Assembly (NCBI GenBank): GCA_030390025.1
Contig: CM059431.1
Coordinates: 100,566,001-100,630,000, forward strand
From: Squalus acanthias
Lineage: Eukaryota
Direction: 5' to 3'
DNA length: 64,000 bases
Of this stretch, positions 23,575-34,595 are shown piece by piece. The position numbers and the translations under genes were made by a program. The notes below the pieces were generated by a model that was not told the origin of the DNA, ran no database searches, and worked only from the letters and a program-made list of their open reading frames with translations. The first letter of the stretch is position 1; each line of letters starts with the position of its first letter.

Positions 23575-26088
23575 ATCCGCTGTTAATAAAGGAATATCTA
23601 AAATCCGAAACTAGGGTCTTAAGTCTAAACAAAGCAAATTACGTAGGTATGAGGGGCGAGTTGGCTGAGTTAGATTGGAAAAATACATTAAAAGGTATGA
23701 CGGTAGACAAGCAATGGCTAGCATTTAAAGAATTAATACATAATTTACAACAAATATACATTCCTTTAAGGCACAAAAACCCCACAGGAAAAGTGGTCCA
23801 ACCATGGCTAACAAGAGAAGTTAAAGCTAGTATTAGATCAAAGGAAGAGGCTTATAATGTTGCCAAAAAGAGCAGTAAGCCTGAGGATTAGGAAGATTTT
23901 AGAATTCAGCAAAGGAGGACCAAGAAATTGATAAAGAAAGGGAAAATAGAATATGAGAGTAAACTAGCGAGAGACATAAAAACAGACATAAAAGCTTCTA
24001 TAGGTATGTAAAAAGGAAAAGATTAGCGAAAATAAATGTGGGTCCCTTACAGGCTGAGACAGGAGAAATTATAATGGGGAATAAGAAAATGGCAGAGAAA
24101 TTAAACAAATACTTTGTCATAGAGTCATAACGACACAGAAGGGGGCCATTCGGCCCATCGAGTCCGTGCCGGCTCTCTGTAGAGCAATCAAGTCAGTCCC
24201 ATTGTCCCGCTCTATCCCCGTAGCCCTGTGTTTATTTCCCATACGTGCCTATCCAGTCTCCCCTTGAAAACATTGAGTGTCTCCGCTTCCACCACTTCCG
24301 TTGGCAGCGAATTCCAGGTCATCACCACTCGCTGCGTAAAAAAGTTTTCCCTCACAACCCCCCTGTATCTCTTGCCTGTATCTCTGTCTTCACGGAAGAA
24401 GACGCAAAAACCTTCCCGGAAATAGTGGAGAACCAAGGGTCTAGCGAGAATGAGGAACTGAAAGAAATTAGTATTAGTAAAAAAATAGTACAGGAGAAAT
24501 TAATGGAACTGAAAGCCAATAAATCCCCTGGACCTGATGGCCTACATCCTAGTGTTTTGAAAGAGGTGGCTATAGAGATAGTGGATGCATTGGTTGCCAT
24601 TTTCCAAAATTCCATAGATTCTAGAACGGTTCCTGCGAATTGGAAGGTAGCAAATGTAACCCCACTATTTAAGAAAGGAGGGAAGAGAGAAAACAGGTAA
24701 CTACAGACATCAGTAGTAGGGAAAATGCTAGAATATATTATTAAGGACATGGTAACAGGGCACTTAGAAAATAATAACAGGATTGGGCAGAGTCAACACA
24801 GATTTATGAAAGGGAAATCATGTTTGACAAATCTGTTAGAGTTTTTTGAGGTTGTAACTAGCAGTATAGATAAGGGGGAACCAGTGAATGTGGTGTATTT
24901 GGATTTTCAGAAGGCATTCAATAAGGTGCCATACAAGAGGTTATTAAACAAAATTAGGGCTCATGGGATTGGGGGCAATATACTAGCATGGATTGAGGAT
25001 TGGTTAACGGACAGAAAACAGAGAGTAGGAATAAACGGGTCATTTTCGGGTTGGCAGGCTGTAACTAGTGGGGTACCGCAAGGATCAGTGCTTGGGCCTC
25101 AGCTATTCACAATCTACATCAATGATTTGGATGAGGGGACCAAATGTAATATATCCAAGTTTGCTGATGATACAAAGCTAGGTGGGAATGTAAGTTGTCA
25201 GGAGGATGCAAGGAGGCTTCAAGGGGATATAGACAGGCTAAGTGAGTGGGCAAGAACATGGCAAATGGAATATAATGTGGGGAAATGTGAAGTTATCCAC
25301 TTTGGTAGGAAAAATAGAAAAGCAGAGTATTTTTTAAATGGTGAGAGATTGGGAAATGTTGGTGTTCAGAGGGACCTGGGTGTCCTTGTACACGAATCAC
25401 TGAAGGTTAACATGCAGGTACAGCAAGCAATTAGGAAAGCAAATGATATGTTGGCCTTTATTACAAGAGGATTTGAGTGTAAGAGTAAAGACGTCTTACT
25501 GCAATTATATAGGGTCCTGGTGAGACCACACCTGGAGTATTGTGTACAGTTTTGGTCTCCTTACCTAAGGAAGGATAGACTTGCCATAAAGGGAGTGCAA
25601 CGAAGGTTCACCAAACTGGTTCCTGGGATGGGGGGATTGTCCTATGAGGACAGATTGAGTACACTAGGCCTATATTCTTTAGAGTTTAGAAGAATGAGAG
25701 GTGATCTCATTGAAACATACAAAATTCTTACAGGGCTTGACAGGGTAGATGCAGGGAGGATGTTTCCCCTGGCTGGGGAGTCTAGAACCAGGGGTCACAG
25801 TCTCAGAATAAGGGGTCGGCCATTTAGGACTGAGATGAGGAGAAATTTCTTCACTCAGAGGGTGGTGAATCTTTGGAATTCTCTACCCCAGAGGGCTGTG
25901 GAGGCTCAGTCGTTGAGTATATTCAAGACAGAGATCGATAGATTTTTGAATATTAAGGGAATCAAGGGATATGGGGATAGTGCAGGAAAGTGGAGTTGAG
26001 GTAGAAGATCAGCCATGATCTTATTGAATGGCGGAGCAGGTTCAAAGGGCCAAATGGCCTACTCCTGCTCCTAATTCTTATGTTCTTA
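23575..26088 (+). mobile_element. CR1 LINE (subfamily A) ORF2 remnant with RT; a short minus-strand CR1 3' fragment is nested at about 24118-24377
   Basis: RT ORF 24725..25999 ([26 protein letters not shown]) and a 3' tail ending TTCTTATGTTCTTA. The upstream part has stops and frameshifts. Confidence 0.93.
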
Positions 26089-27654
26089 AACATTTGATAA
26101 AGTTCTGATGCATTTACAGGGAAGTTAGATAAGTACATGAGCGAGAAAGGAATAGAAGGATATGCTGATAGGGTGATATGAAGTAGGGTGGGAGGTGGTT
26201 CGTGTGGAGTATAAACACCGGCATGGACCAGTTGGGCCGATAGGCCTGTTCCTGTGCTGTAAAATTCTATGTTACAAGACCACCATTTCTGTATTGGTGG
26301 CAGCTATTGTAACAGTGTCACTTGCAACTAATTTTAAATGGTAAATATAATTTCTATGCTTCAACACCTTAATACTTGGGATGAGGCAAATTTGATAATA
26401 AATAAGTTATTTTCTGTGGGGCCCCGAGTTTCATATTGACCGTGGCCATCAGTCTCCATTACACACATATAGATAGGGCACTGCTATAGGAAGCCCTACA
26501 AGACCTTACTATAAATCAATTAAAGCTTAGTTTACAGATCCTTTATTTAGACGCCTCTTATCCCTCAAGGTTTTTCCCCTGAAAAAAGGGAAATTTAGGT
26601 TGTTTTAAGTCAAGAAAAATCTAGTATATTAATTGATGTAGAACTTGCTAATCTTACAATTTTGTTTATCCAATATAGTCTTCGAATTAAAAAAAAAGAG
26701 ATATACATTAAAAGTAAATTCTGATTTTAAATAGCTTTACTATTCAGTGAAAGGATCATTAAGAAACCCTTAGTCATAACTTCCACTGCAGGGAGTCAGA
26801 AAAATGATCAAGAATAATGTGGCCAGTTTTGTCAGAGCTGAGGTCAGTTTCTGCATACGAACCCACACTGGAGAAGTCGGTCATTCATCTTAAATGATTT
26901 CAGAGAATTTGCAAGAGCGTGAAAGATATGTTACGCAAGCATATAGAAGTATTCAGTGGAGGTAGACAAGACCAGCTACATGGAGACTACAAAGCAGCCC
27001 TCCCACGGTTCATGAATAAGTCGAGGAAATGATCAGAAAAAAAATGGAGAGATGTTTGGACAGATGGCCCACTTAAAACACATGGGATAAAGTGGGAGCA
27101 ATTTGAATGAAATGTTAGATTTTGTTAATAATTGATCTTTATTCTCTGTACTCCCCAGACAGGTAAATGAATAAATTCTTGGAGTGTTACAAGTTATAAG
27201 TCTTGCTGACAAAAAAACTATTTATGAACTTTGCTGTTGGAACCTAAGAAAAGTACTTAAATGTAAAAACTATATGAAAACCTCAAGAATAATCACACAT
27301 AAAAGGAAGGTCAGGATTAAAGGAATTTTAAATAGCATGAATCTGTTCCAACCAAAACAATGCTGAGGATTTATTTTGTGATCATTCTGCACTTTGAACA
27401 CTCGCTGAAAGTCTCCTCCATGCATATCAAACTCTAGACTTACAATAAAGCATTGCCTCCCTATTGCACCACCATTTGTAATTTGCATGTTTAACACGTC
27501 AACCAAGAATTTTTATTTAGCTGTCGGGCATTCTCAAACTCCAGAACTATTATGTCGTATGTTCAACATGCTCACTCATCCTGGGTCTTCAGAATAAACA
27601 TATCCTTTCAGTTCGATACTTCACTCTCTTTCAACATCTCAAATATCTAGATAC

Positions 27655-27826
27655 CAACGTCCCCGCTAAGCTGCCCGGCCGCGCTGCGGTCTGGAGGTCC
27701 CGCGCAGGCCACTCACCGGCTTTTCAATGGGAATAACCGCACACGCGCAGAAATTTGAATGGGTCCCGCAGCCAGTTAAAGGGACCACGCACAAAATATA
27801 TATATTTTTTTTTACAGGGGATATTG
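27655..27826 (-). mobile_element. hAT-type MITE, inverted copy of 2364-2520
   Basis: CAACGTCCCC...GGGGATATTG with an 8-bp TSD CTAGATAC/CTAGATAT. Confidence 0.8.
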
Positions 27827-29262
27827 CTAGATATTCATCTTCAAGATCTTTGCATTCAAAAATAATTCAAAATAAAGTATGAATCAACTCAACCAACATA
27901 ATTGGTCCAACAATAACTTGCATTATACAGCGCCTTTCACATAGTAACACATCCCAAGGCGCTTCACAGAAGTGATTATCAAACAAAAATTGATATGTCG
28001 TAATAATTGAATGCAACAGAAAATTGAAGTGCATCATGGCTCCAATCCCTCATCACTGCTGGTTATAATTACTCTGTGCTGCACAAATACCTTGTTGTGG
28101 TTTTTAAAAATGTTATTACTGTTATTGCTTTCCTTCTCCTGGCGTGTTGATTCACTGCAATGCAAACGCAATTGATTACGTGGATTCGTTAATAATCTCC
28201 GGTCTTTCTGCAGCACTGACCAACTCAACAACCTTGACAGAATATCAACAACATGATTGCAGTAGTGGCACATAGCATTACCACTGCTTTTTTTAAGCTC
28301 TGTAAAAAATATATCATAATGCATCACTGGCACAATATCCTTTTATCTAAATCATAGCTTAACTGTTTCAAAAAGTTGTTGAAGTTATTGTGACTGTTTA
28401 GGTTTGACTGTTCAAAATACCATCTGACATCTACTTCTTTGGCTACAGGGTTAGAAAATGTGGTTTTCCCTTATTTCGAATTCCAACGCCCTTGCTTCAG
28501 CCTTACAATGACTGAATGTTGCTTAAAAGCATGGCAAACATCTTTTCAAATTCCTGTTCTCACACATAAATCATCAAGGAAACTATGTCATGCAGAGACA
28601 GGGGTCATTTTCCTAGTGAGGCAAATTCTTTTAATACTGCTGTTCTGGTCCAGTACTTTTGTCTACACCTATTAGAATAACATATAAGTTTACAAGCAGG
28701 TAACTTATTTATCCCATCACCTACTCAAAGTAGCCAGTTTTTTGTGCATAACAGCACAGAAAAGCAAATAATTATAAAATAGCCACTACTTAAACACCTA
28801 CTTAAGCAGAGATTTGCAATAAAAATTTAGAATAAAAATGGCACTATAAATTAAGATTTGGGAAAGCTTTCTTTTTTAAAAAAAGTGTGTAATTAAATAC
28901 TTTTGAAAAAAAAAACATTTTGTTTTGTGTTTGTTATGTAATAAGTTATTTGGGAGTTTATGACCACAGTTGTACGACATCACTGGCTCGCTTGTGCTTG
29001 GTGATGTGATGTGTTGATACAGTCTCAGTCATAAATCCACATATGGATCAACCTATAAAATGGAATCTCATGCATTACCGTTGTTAGCACTAAATTAACA
29101 TTTCCACACCTTATAAAAATACACAGCTTTAATTTTTCAGGCTTATTTGAGTGCGAGCAATATTCCTCACCACGGACATACTGTTCCAATACTCCAACGT
29201 GTTGCAGTTGCTTGTAGTTTTACTCTTATAAATATTTTAGTTAATTAATGTTTAGAAATAAT

Positions 29263-30031
29263 GGCCCGGAATTTGCGGTCCTGATGACGGCGAACTGGCA
29301 GCGTCCGCCGTCACTTCGCCTTTGAAACTGACCGCAACTTCAGGATGTAGCGCCTGCTCAGCCTGACGCGGAAATCCTGAAGTTGCGGTCTGTCATTCAC
29401 TGCTCCGACACTGGCTGCGCTGTGGCTCCCCGCACCCCACCCAACATAGAGCCGGCAATCAGTGAAATCTCTCAAATCAGGGACACTGACGAAAACTTGG
29501 GCTCTTCCGCGGTAATGCCTCTGTTAAATTTCCCATTAAAAGTTAGACACAAAGAGATTAGGTGGACCTGGGGTTTTGACAGCGTATTGACTGCTACAAA
29601 AAGGTTATGGGACTGAAAAACTAATTTTAATTTTGTGCAGGGTGAAATTTATCCATTTTAATACAAATTTAAATTTTTAAGAAACTTTTTTTTTAAAGTT
29701 TGTTCCTCTTTATTTCAGGTTTGCCTTTTCCCCGTGTGAGAGCCCCAATCTTTATTTTGCTCTCTCTAACATTTTTAAAAAGTTAGAATAAGAGCTTTCC
29801 CACTTCCTGCTTCGCTGTCTGTGAGAATTCGGCGCTTTGATTGGCTGCTAAGACAGCTTGTTAATGTCACAGCAGCTCTTCGCTGGGAATCCCCATTAAC
29901 TCCTGTTGATTTGAATTACGCGTCAAAAAACCCGAAATTCTCGACACAGAGATCGCGAGATCTTTGTGCGAAATTTCATTCGGGCCAAAGGCAAATGCCT
30001 TTGCTTCGCCGCTGACCGCAAATTTCGGGCC
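29263..30031. mobile_element. Harbinger-type MITE (769 bp)
   Basis: 18-bp TIRs GGCCCGGAATTTGCGGTC and (rc) GGCCCGAAATTTGCGGTC (17/18), a 3-bp TSD AAT, GC-rich arms and an AT-rich centre. Confidence 0.85.
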
Positions 30032-30051
30032 AATGTTTTTTTTAAAATAAA

Positions 30052-30204
30052 TGTGAGAAGTCGCACAACACCAGGTTATAGTCCAACAGTTTTATTTGAA
30101 AACACAAGCTTTCGGAGCGCTGCTCCTTCGTCAGGTGACTTCACTGTTGGACTATAACCTGGTGTTGTACGACTTCTCACATTTGTCCACCCCAGTCCAC
30201 ATCA
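30052..30204. mobile_element. Mini Penelope-type inverted-pLTR element with hammerhead motif (second family)
   Basis: 42-bp inverted arms at 30049-30090 and 30143-30184 (41/42). Loop carries minus-strand CAC-CTGACGA-A-GGAGC agc GCTCC-GAAA-GC-TT-GTG. 13-bp direct repeat TTTTTAAAATAAA at 30039-30051 and 30205-30217. Confidence 0.75.
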
Positions 30205-30625
30205 TTTTTAAAATAAAACTACAATGTGCACCAAGGACAAGGGAATTTTAGTCCTTAAAAGGTTAATCTTGATGATCATTCTGCTAGAATTGCCAGATTT
30301 GCAGAAACTCAGTTTTAAATGAAGATCCCATTCTTAATTTTAACTTGGCAGTGTTACAGAACACATTAAGAGGATTCAGATAACAAACAACTTCGAAAGG
30401 AAATGGTTGTTAAGCAAAATGATCACACACTACCTCATGTTATTTCTGTGCTATAGCACTGGTGTTTTTTTAAAAACTTATTGCAGGGGGCAAAAATATT
30501 AGAAATCTACAAAGAATAACTAAAGTTCATGAATGATATGTTGAGCAATTCATAAAACATCTATCACGCGATATAATGTGGTAATGTTTTCAACCTGTGG
30601 ACATGAACACTTACAGTAAAGTTAC

Positions 30626-30980
30626 AAAAGCAAAACACTGCGAATGCTGGAAATCTGAAATAAAAACAGAAAATGCTGGAAACACTCAGCAGGTCAGGCA
30701 GCATCTGAGGAAAGAGAAACAGAGTTAACGTTTCAGGTCAATGATCTTTCGTCAGAACTGTCAAAAAAGTTCGAGATGCAACAGGTTTTAAGCAAGTACA
30801 GAGGCAGGGAAAGGGGGGAGGGGAGGAAAGAACAAAAGGGAAGACTGTGATAGGGTGGAAGGCAGGAGAGATTAAATGACAAAAGGGATGATGGTGCGAG
30901 GCAAAAGAAGATGGTAATGGGACAAGCAAAGAAACAAAAGATTAGTCTAGAGGAGCTGAAAATGGGAATAGCAGAATGGC
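30626..30980 (-). mobile_element. Penelope tail insertion with hammerhead motif (30723-30759)
   Basis: Reverse complement of 44830-45190. 8-bp TSD AAAGTTAC at 30618-30625 and 30981-30988. Confidence 0.82.
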
Positions 30981-31164
30981 AAAGTTACTATGAATTAACC
31001 TGTGTTTCTAAATGGTAGAGCGATAGTTAGCAGCAACAGGTAACTTTATCAAGTTTAAGATATGAAAGTGGCAGCATCTTAGATTTAAGTCAGTCAAACT
31101 TGGAAATATAAAATTTTAATACTGGAACCCACACGAGGAGTCAGAATCAACAGAACCACAAGAC

Positions 31165-33815
31165 CACTCGGCTCCCGACCTCATTAAAGCCTTGGTCCAA
31201 ACATGGACAAAGGAGCTGAATTCCAGAGGTGAGAGTGACTGCCTTTGACATCAAGCATTTGATCGAGTGTGGCATCAAGGAGCCTTAGTAAAACTGAAGT
31301 CAATGGGAATTGGGGGGAAAACACTCAACTGGCTGGAGTCATACCAAGCACAAAGAAAGATGGTTGTGGTGGTTGAAGGTCAATCATCATAGCCCCAGGA
31401 CATCGCTGCAGGAGTTCCTCAGGGCAGTGTTCTAGGCCCAACCATCTTCAGCTGCTTCATCAATGACCTTCCCTCCAACATAAGGTCAGAAATGGGGATG
31501 TTCGCTGATGACTTCACAGTGTTCAGCGCCATTCAGATAAGAACATAAGAAATAGGAGCAGGCCATTCGGCCCTTCGAGTCTGCTCCGCCATTCAATGAG
31601 ATCATGTTTGATCTTCTGCCTCAACTCCATTCACTGGCCCTATCGCCATATCCCTTGATGCCCTTACTAGTCAGAAATCTATCGACTTCTGTTTTGAATG
31701 TACCCAATGACTGAGCCTCCACAGCCCTCTGGGGTAGAGAATTCCAAAGATTCACCACCCTCTGTGTGAAGACATTTCTTCTCATCTCAGTCCTGAATGG
31801 CCTACCCTTTATCCTGAGGCTGTGGCCCCTGGTTCTAGACTCCCCAGCCAAGGGAAACATTCTCCCAGCATCCACCTTATCAAGCCTTGTAATAATTTTG
31901 TATGCTTCAATGAGATCCCCTCTCATTCTTCTGAATTCAAGAGAATACAGGCCTAGTTTACTCAATCCCTTCTCATACGACAGTCCCGCCATCCCAGGAA
32001 TCAATCTCGTGAACCTTCGTTGCACTCCCTCTGTGGCAAGTATATCCTTCCTTAGGTAAGGAGACCAAAATTGTACACAGTACTCCAGGTGTGGTCTCAC
32101 CAAGGCCCTATATAATTGGAGCAAGACTTCTTTACTCCTGTATTCAAATCCTCTTGTAATGAAGGCCAGCATACCATTTGCCTTCCTAATGGCTTGCTGC
32201 ACCTGCACATTCACTTTCAGTGATTCATGTACAAGGACACCCAGGTCCCTTTGAGCATCTGCATTCCCCAATCTTTCACCATTTAGGAAATACTCTGCCT
32301 TTCTGTTTTTTCTACCGAAGTGGATAACTTCACATTTATCTACATTATATTCCATCTGCCATGTTCTCGCCCACTCACTGAGCCTGTCGAGATCCCCTTG
32401 AAGCCCCTTCGCAACTGACACTGCCACCTAGCTTTGTGTCATCAGCAAATTTGGAAATGTTACATTTAGTCCCCTCATCCAAATCATTGATATAGATTGT
32501 GAATAGCTGGGGCCCAAGCACCGATCCTTACGGTACCCCACTAGTCACAGCCTGCCATCCTGAAAAAGACCCGTTTATCCCTACTCTTCGTTTTCTGTCT
32601 GTTAACCAATTCTCAATCCATGCTAGTATATTACCCCCAATTCCATGTGCCCTAATTTTGTTCACCAACCTCTTGTGTGGGACCTTATCGAAGGCCTTCT
32701 GAAAATCCAAATACACCACATCTACCGGTTCCCCTTTGTCTACTCCACTAGTTACATCCTCAAAGAACTCCAATAGGTTTGTAAAACAGGATTTCCCTTT
32801 CATAAATCCATGTTGACTCTGCCCAATCTTACTATTAGTTTCTAAGTGCCCAATTATTGCATCCTTTATAATAGATTCCAGCATTTTCCCAACTACTGAT
32901 GTGAGGCTAACAGGTCTGTAGTTCCCCGTTTTCTCTCTCCCTCCTTTCTTAAATAGTGGGGTTAGATTTGCTATCCTCAGATAACGAAGCAGTCGATGCC
33001 CGCATGCAACAAGACCTGGACAACGTTCAGGCTTGGGCTGATAAGTGGCAGGTAACATTCACGCCACACAAGTGCCAGGCAATGACTATCTCCAACAAGC
33101 GCGAGTCTAACCACCTCCCCTTGACATTCAACGAACCCCCCACCATCAACATCCTGGGGGTCACCATTGACCAGAAACTTAACTGGATCAGCCACATAAA
33201 TACTGTGGCAACAAGAGCAGGTCAGAGGCTAGGTATTCTGCGGCGAGTGTCTCACCTCCTGACTCCCCAAAGCCTTTCCACCATCTACAAGGCACAAGTC
33301 AGGAGTGTGATGGAATACTCTCCACTTGCCTGGATGAGTGCAGCTCCAACAACACTCAAGAAGCTCGACTCCATCCAGGACAAAGCAGCCCGCCTGATTG
33401 GGACCCCATCCACACACCTTAAACATTCACTCCCTCCACCACCGGCGTACCGTGGCTGCAGTGTGTACCATCTACAAGATGCACTGCAGCAACTCGCCAA
33501 GGCTTCTTCGGCAGCACCTCACAAACCCGCGACCTCTTCTACCTAGAAGGACAAGGGCAGCAGGCGCATGGGAACACCACCACTTTCAAGTTCCCCTCCA
33601 AGTCATACAGCATCCTGACTTAGAAGTATATTGCCAATCCTTCATCGTTGCTGGGTCAAATCCTGGAACTCCCTCCCTAACAGCACTGTGGGAGTAGCTT
33701 CACCACACGGACTGCAGTGGTTCAAGAAGGTGGCTCACCACCAATTTCTCAAGGGCAATTAGGGATGGGCAATAAATGCTGGTCTTGCCAGCGACGCCCA
33801 AATCCCATAAAACGA
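31165..33815 (+). mobile_element. CR1-clade LINE family E RT remnant, split by a minus-strand CR1-A
   Basis: [25 protein letters not shown] at 31410-31512, continuing as ORF 32956..33546 (QQDLD..W...WQV, ILGVTIDQKL). Confidence 0.85.
31541..32976 (-). mobile_element. CR1 LINE (subfamily A) RT fragment
   Basis: ORFs 32528..33058 and 31621..32427. TCAGATAA is duplicated at 31533-31540 and 32977-32984. Confidence 0.92.
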
Positions 33816-33854
33816 ATTTAAAAAAAATAGCTGAAACCTCCGTCACTCATCGGC

Positions 33855-34490
33855 ACATAGAATTACATAGAATCTTACAGAGCATAAATAGGCCATTCGG
33901 CCCAAATGGCCCATGCTCCACACAAACCTCTTCCCACCCCTATTCATCGAACGCTATCAGCATAACCTTCTATTCCTTTCTCCCTCATATGCTTATCTAG
34001 CTTCCCCTTAAATGTATCTATGCAATTCGCCTCAACCACTCCCTGCGGTAGCAAGTTCCACATTCTCACCACTCTCTGGGTAAAGAAGTTTCTCCTGAAT
34101 TCCCTATTGGATTTGTTAGTGACAATCCTTGTTTTGGTCTCCTCCACAAGTGGAAACATCTTCTCTACGCCTACCCTATCAAAACCATTCATAATCTTAA
34201 AGACCTCTATCGGGTCACCCCTCAGCCTTCTCTTTTCTAGAGAAATAGGCTCTAGCCTGGTCGATCTTTCCTGATAGTTATAACCTCTCAGTTCTGGTAT
34301 CGTCCTTGTAAATCTTTTTTTGCACCTTCTCCAGTGCCTCGATATCCTTTTTATAATATGGAGCCCAGAATTGGGCGCTGTACTCCAAGTGTGGTCTAAC
34401 CAAGGTTCTATACAAGTTTAACATAACTTCTCTGCTTTTCAATTCTATCCCTCTGGAAATGAACCCCAGAGTTTTTTTTATGGCCTTACT
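33855..34490 (-). mobile_element. CR1 LINE (subfamily C) 3' fragment
   Basis: ORF 33944..34192 (NREFRRNFFTQRVVRMWN), collinear with 59455-60020. Confidence 0.83.
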
Positions 34491-34595
34491 TATTAAATTT
34501 TTCTAGTATATTGTAATGAATATTATTTGGGTGATAATTGATTCAACTGTTGTAAAGTTATGATAATGGCTAAAAATAGAATAACAAAATAGCAA

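Noticed and set aside
24725..25999. Long RT ORFs (also 36576-37877, 7102-8079) as active genes, retrons or other prokaryote-type RT systems
   Set aside because: Ordinary CR1 ORF2 fragments with LINE tails and upstream stops or frameshifts in a vertebrate intron.
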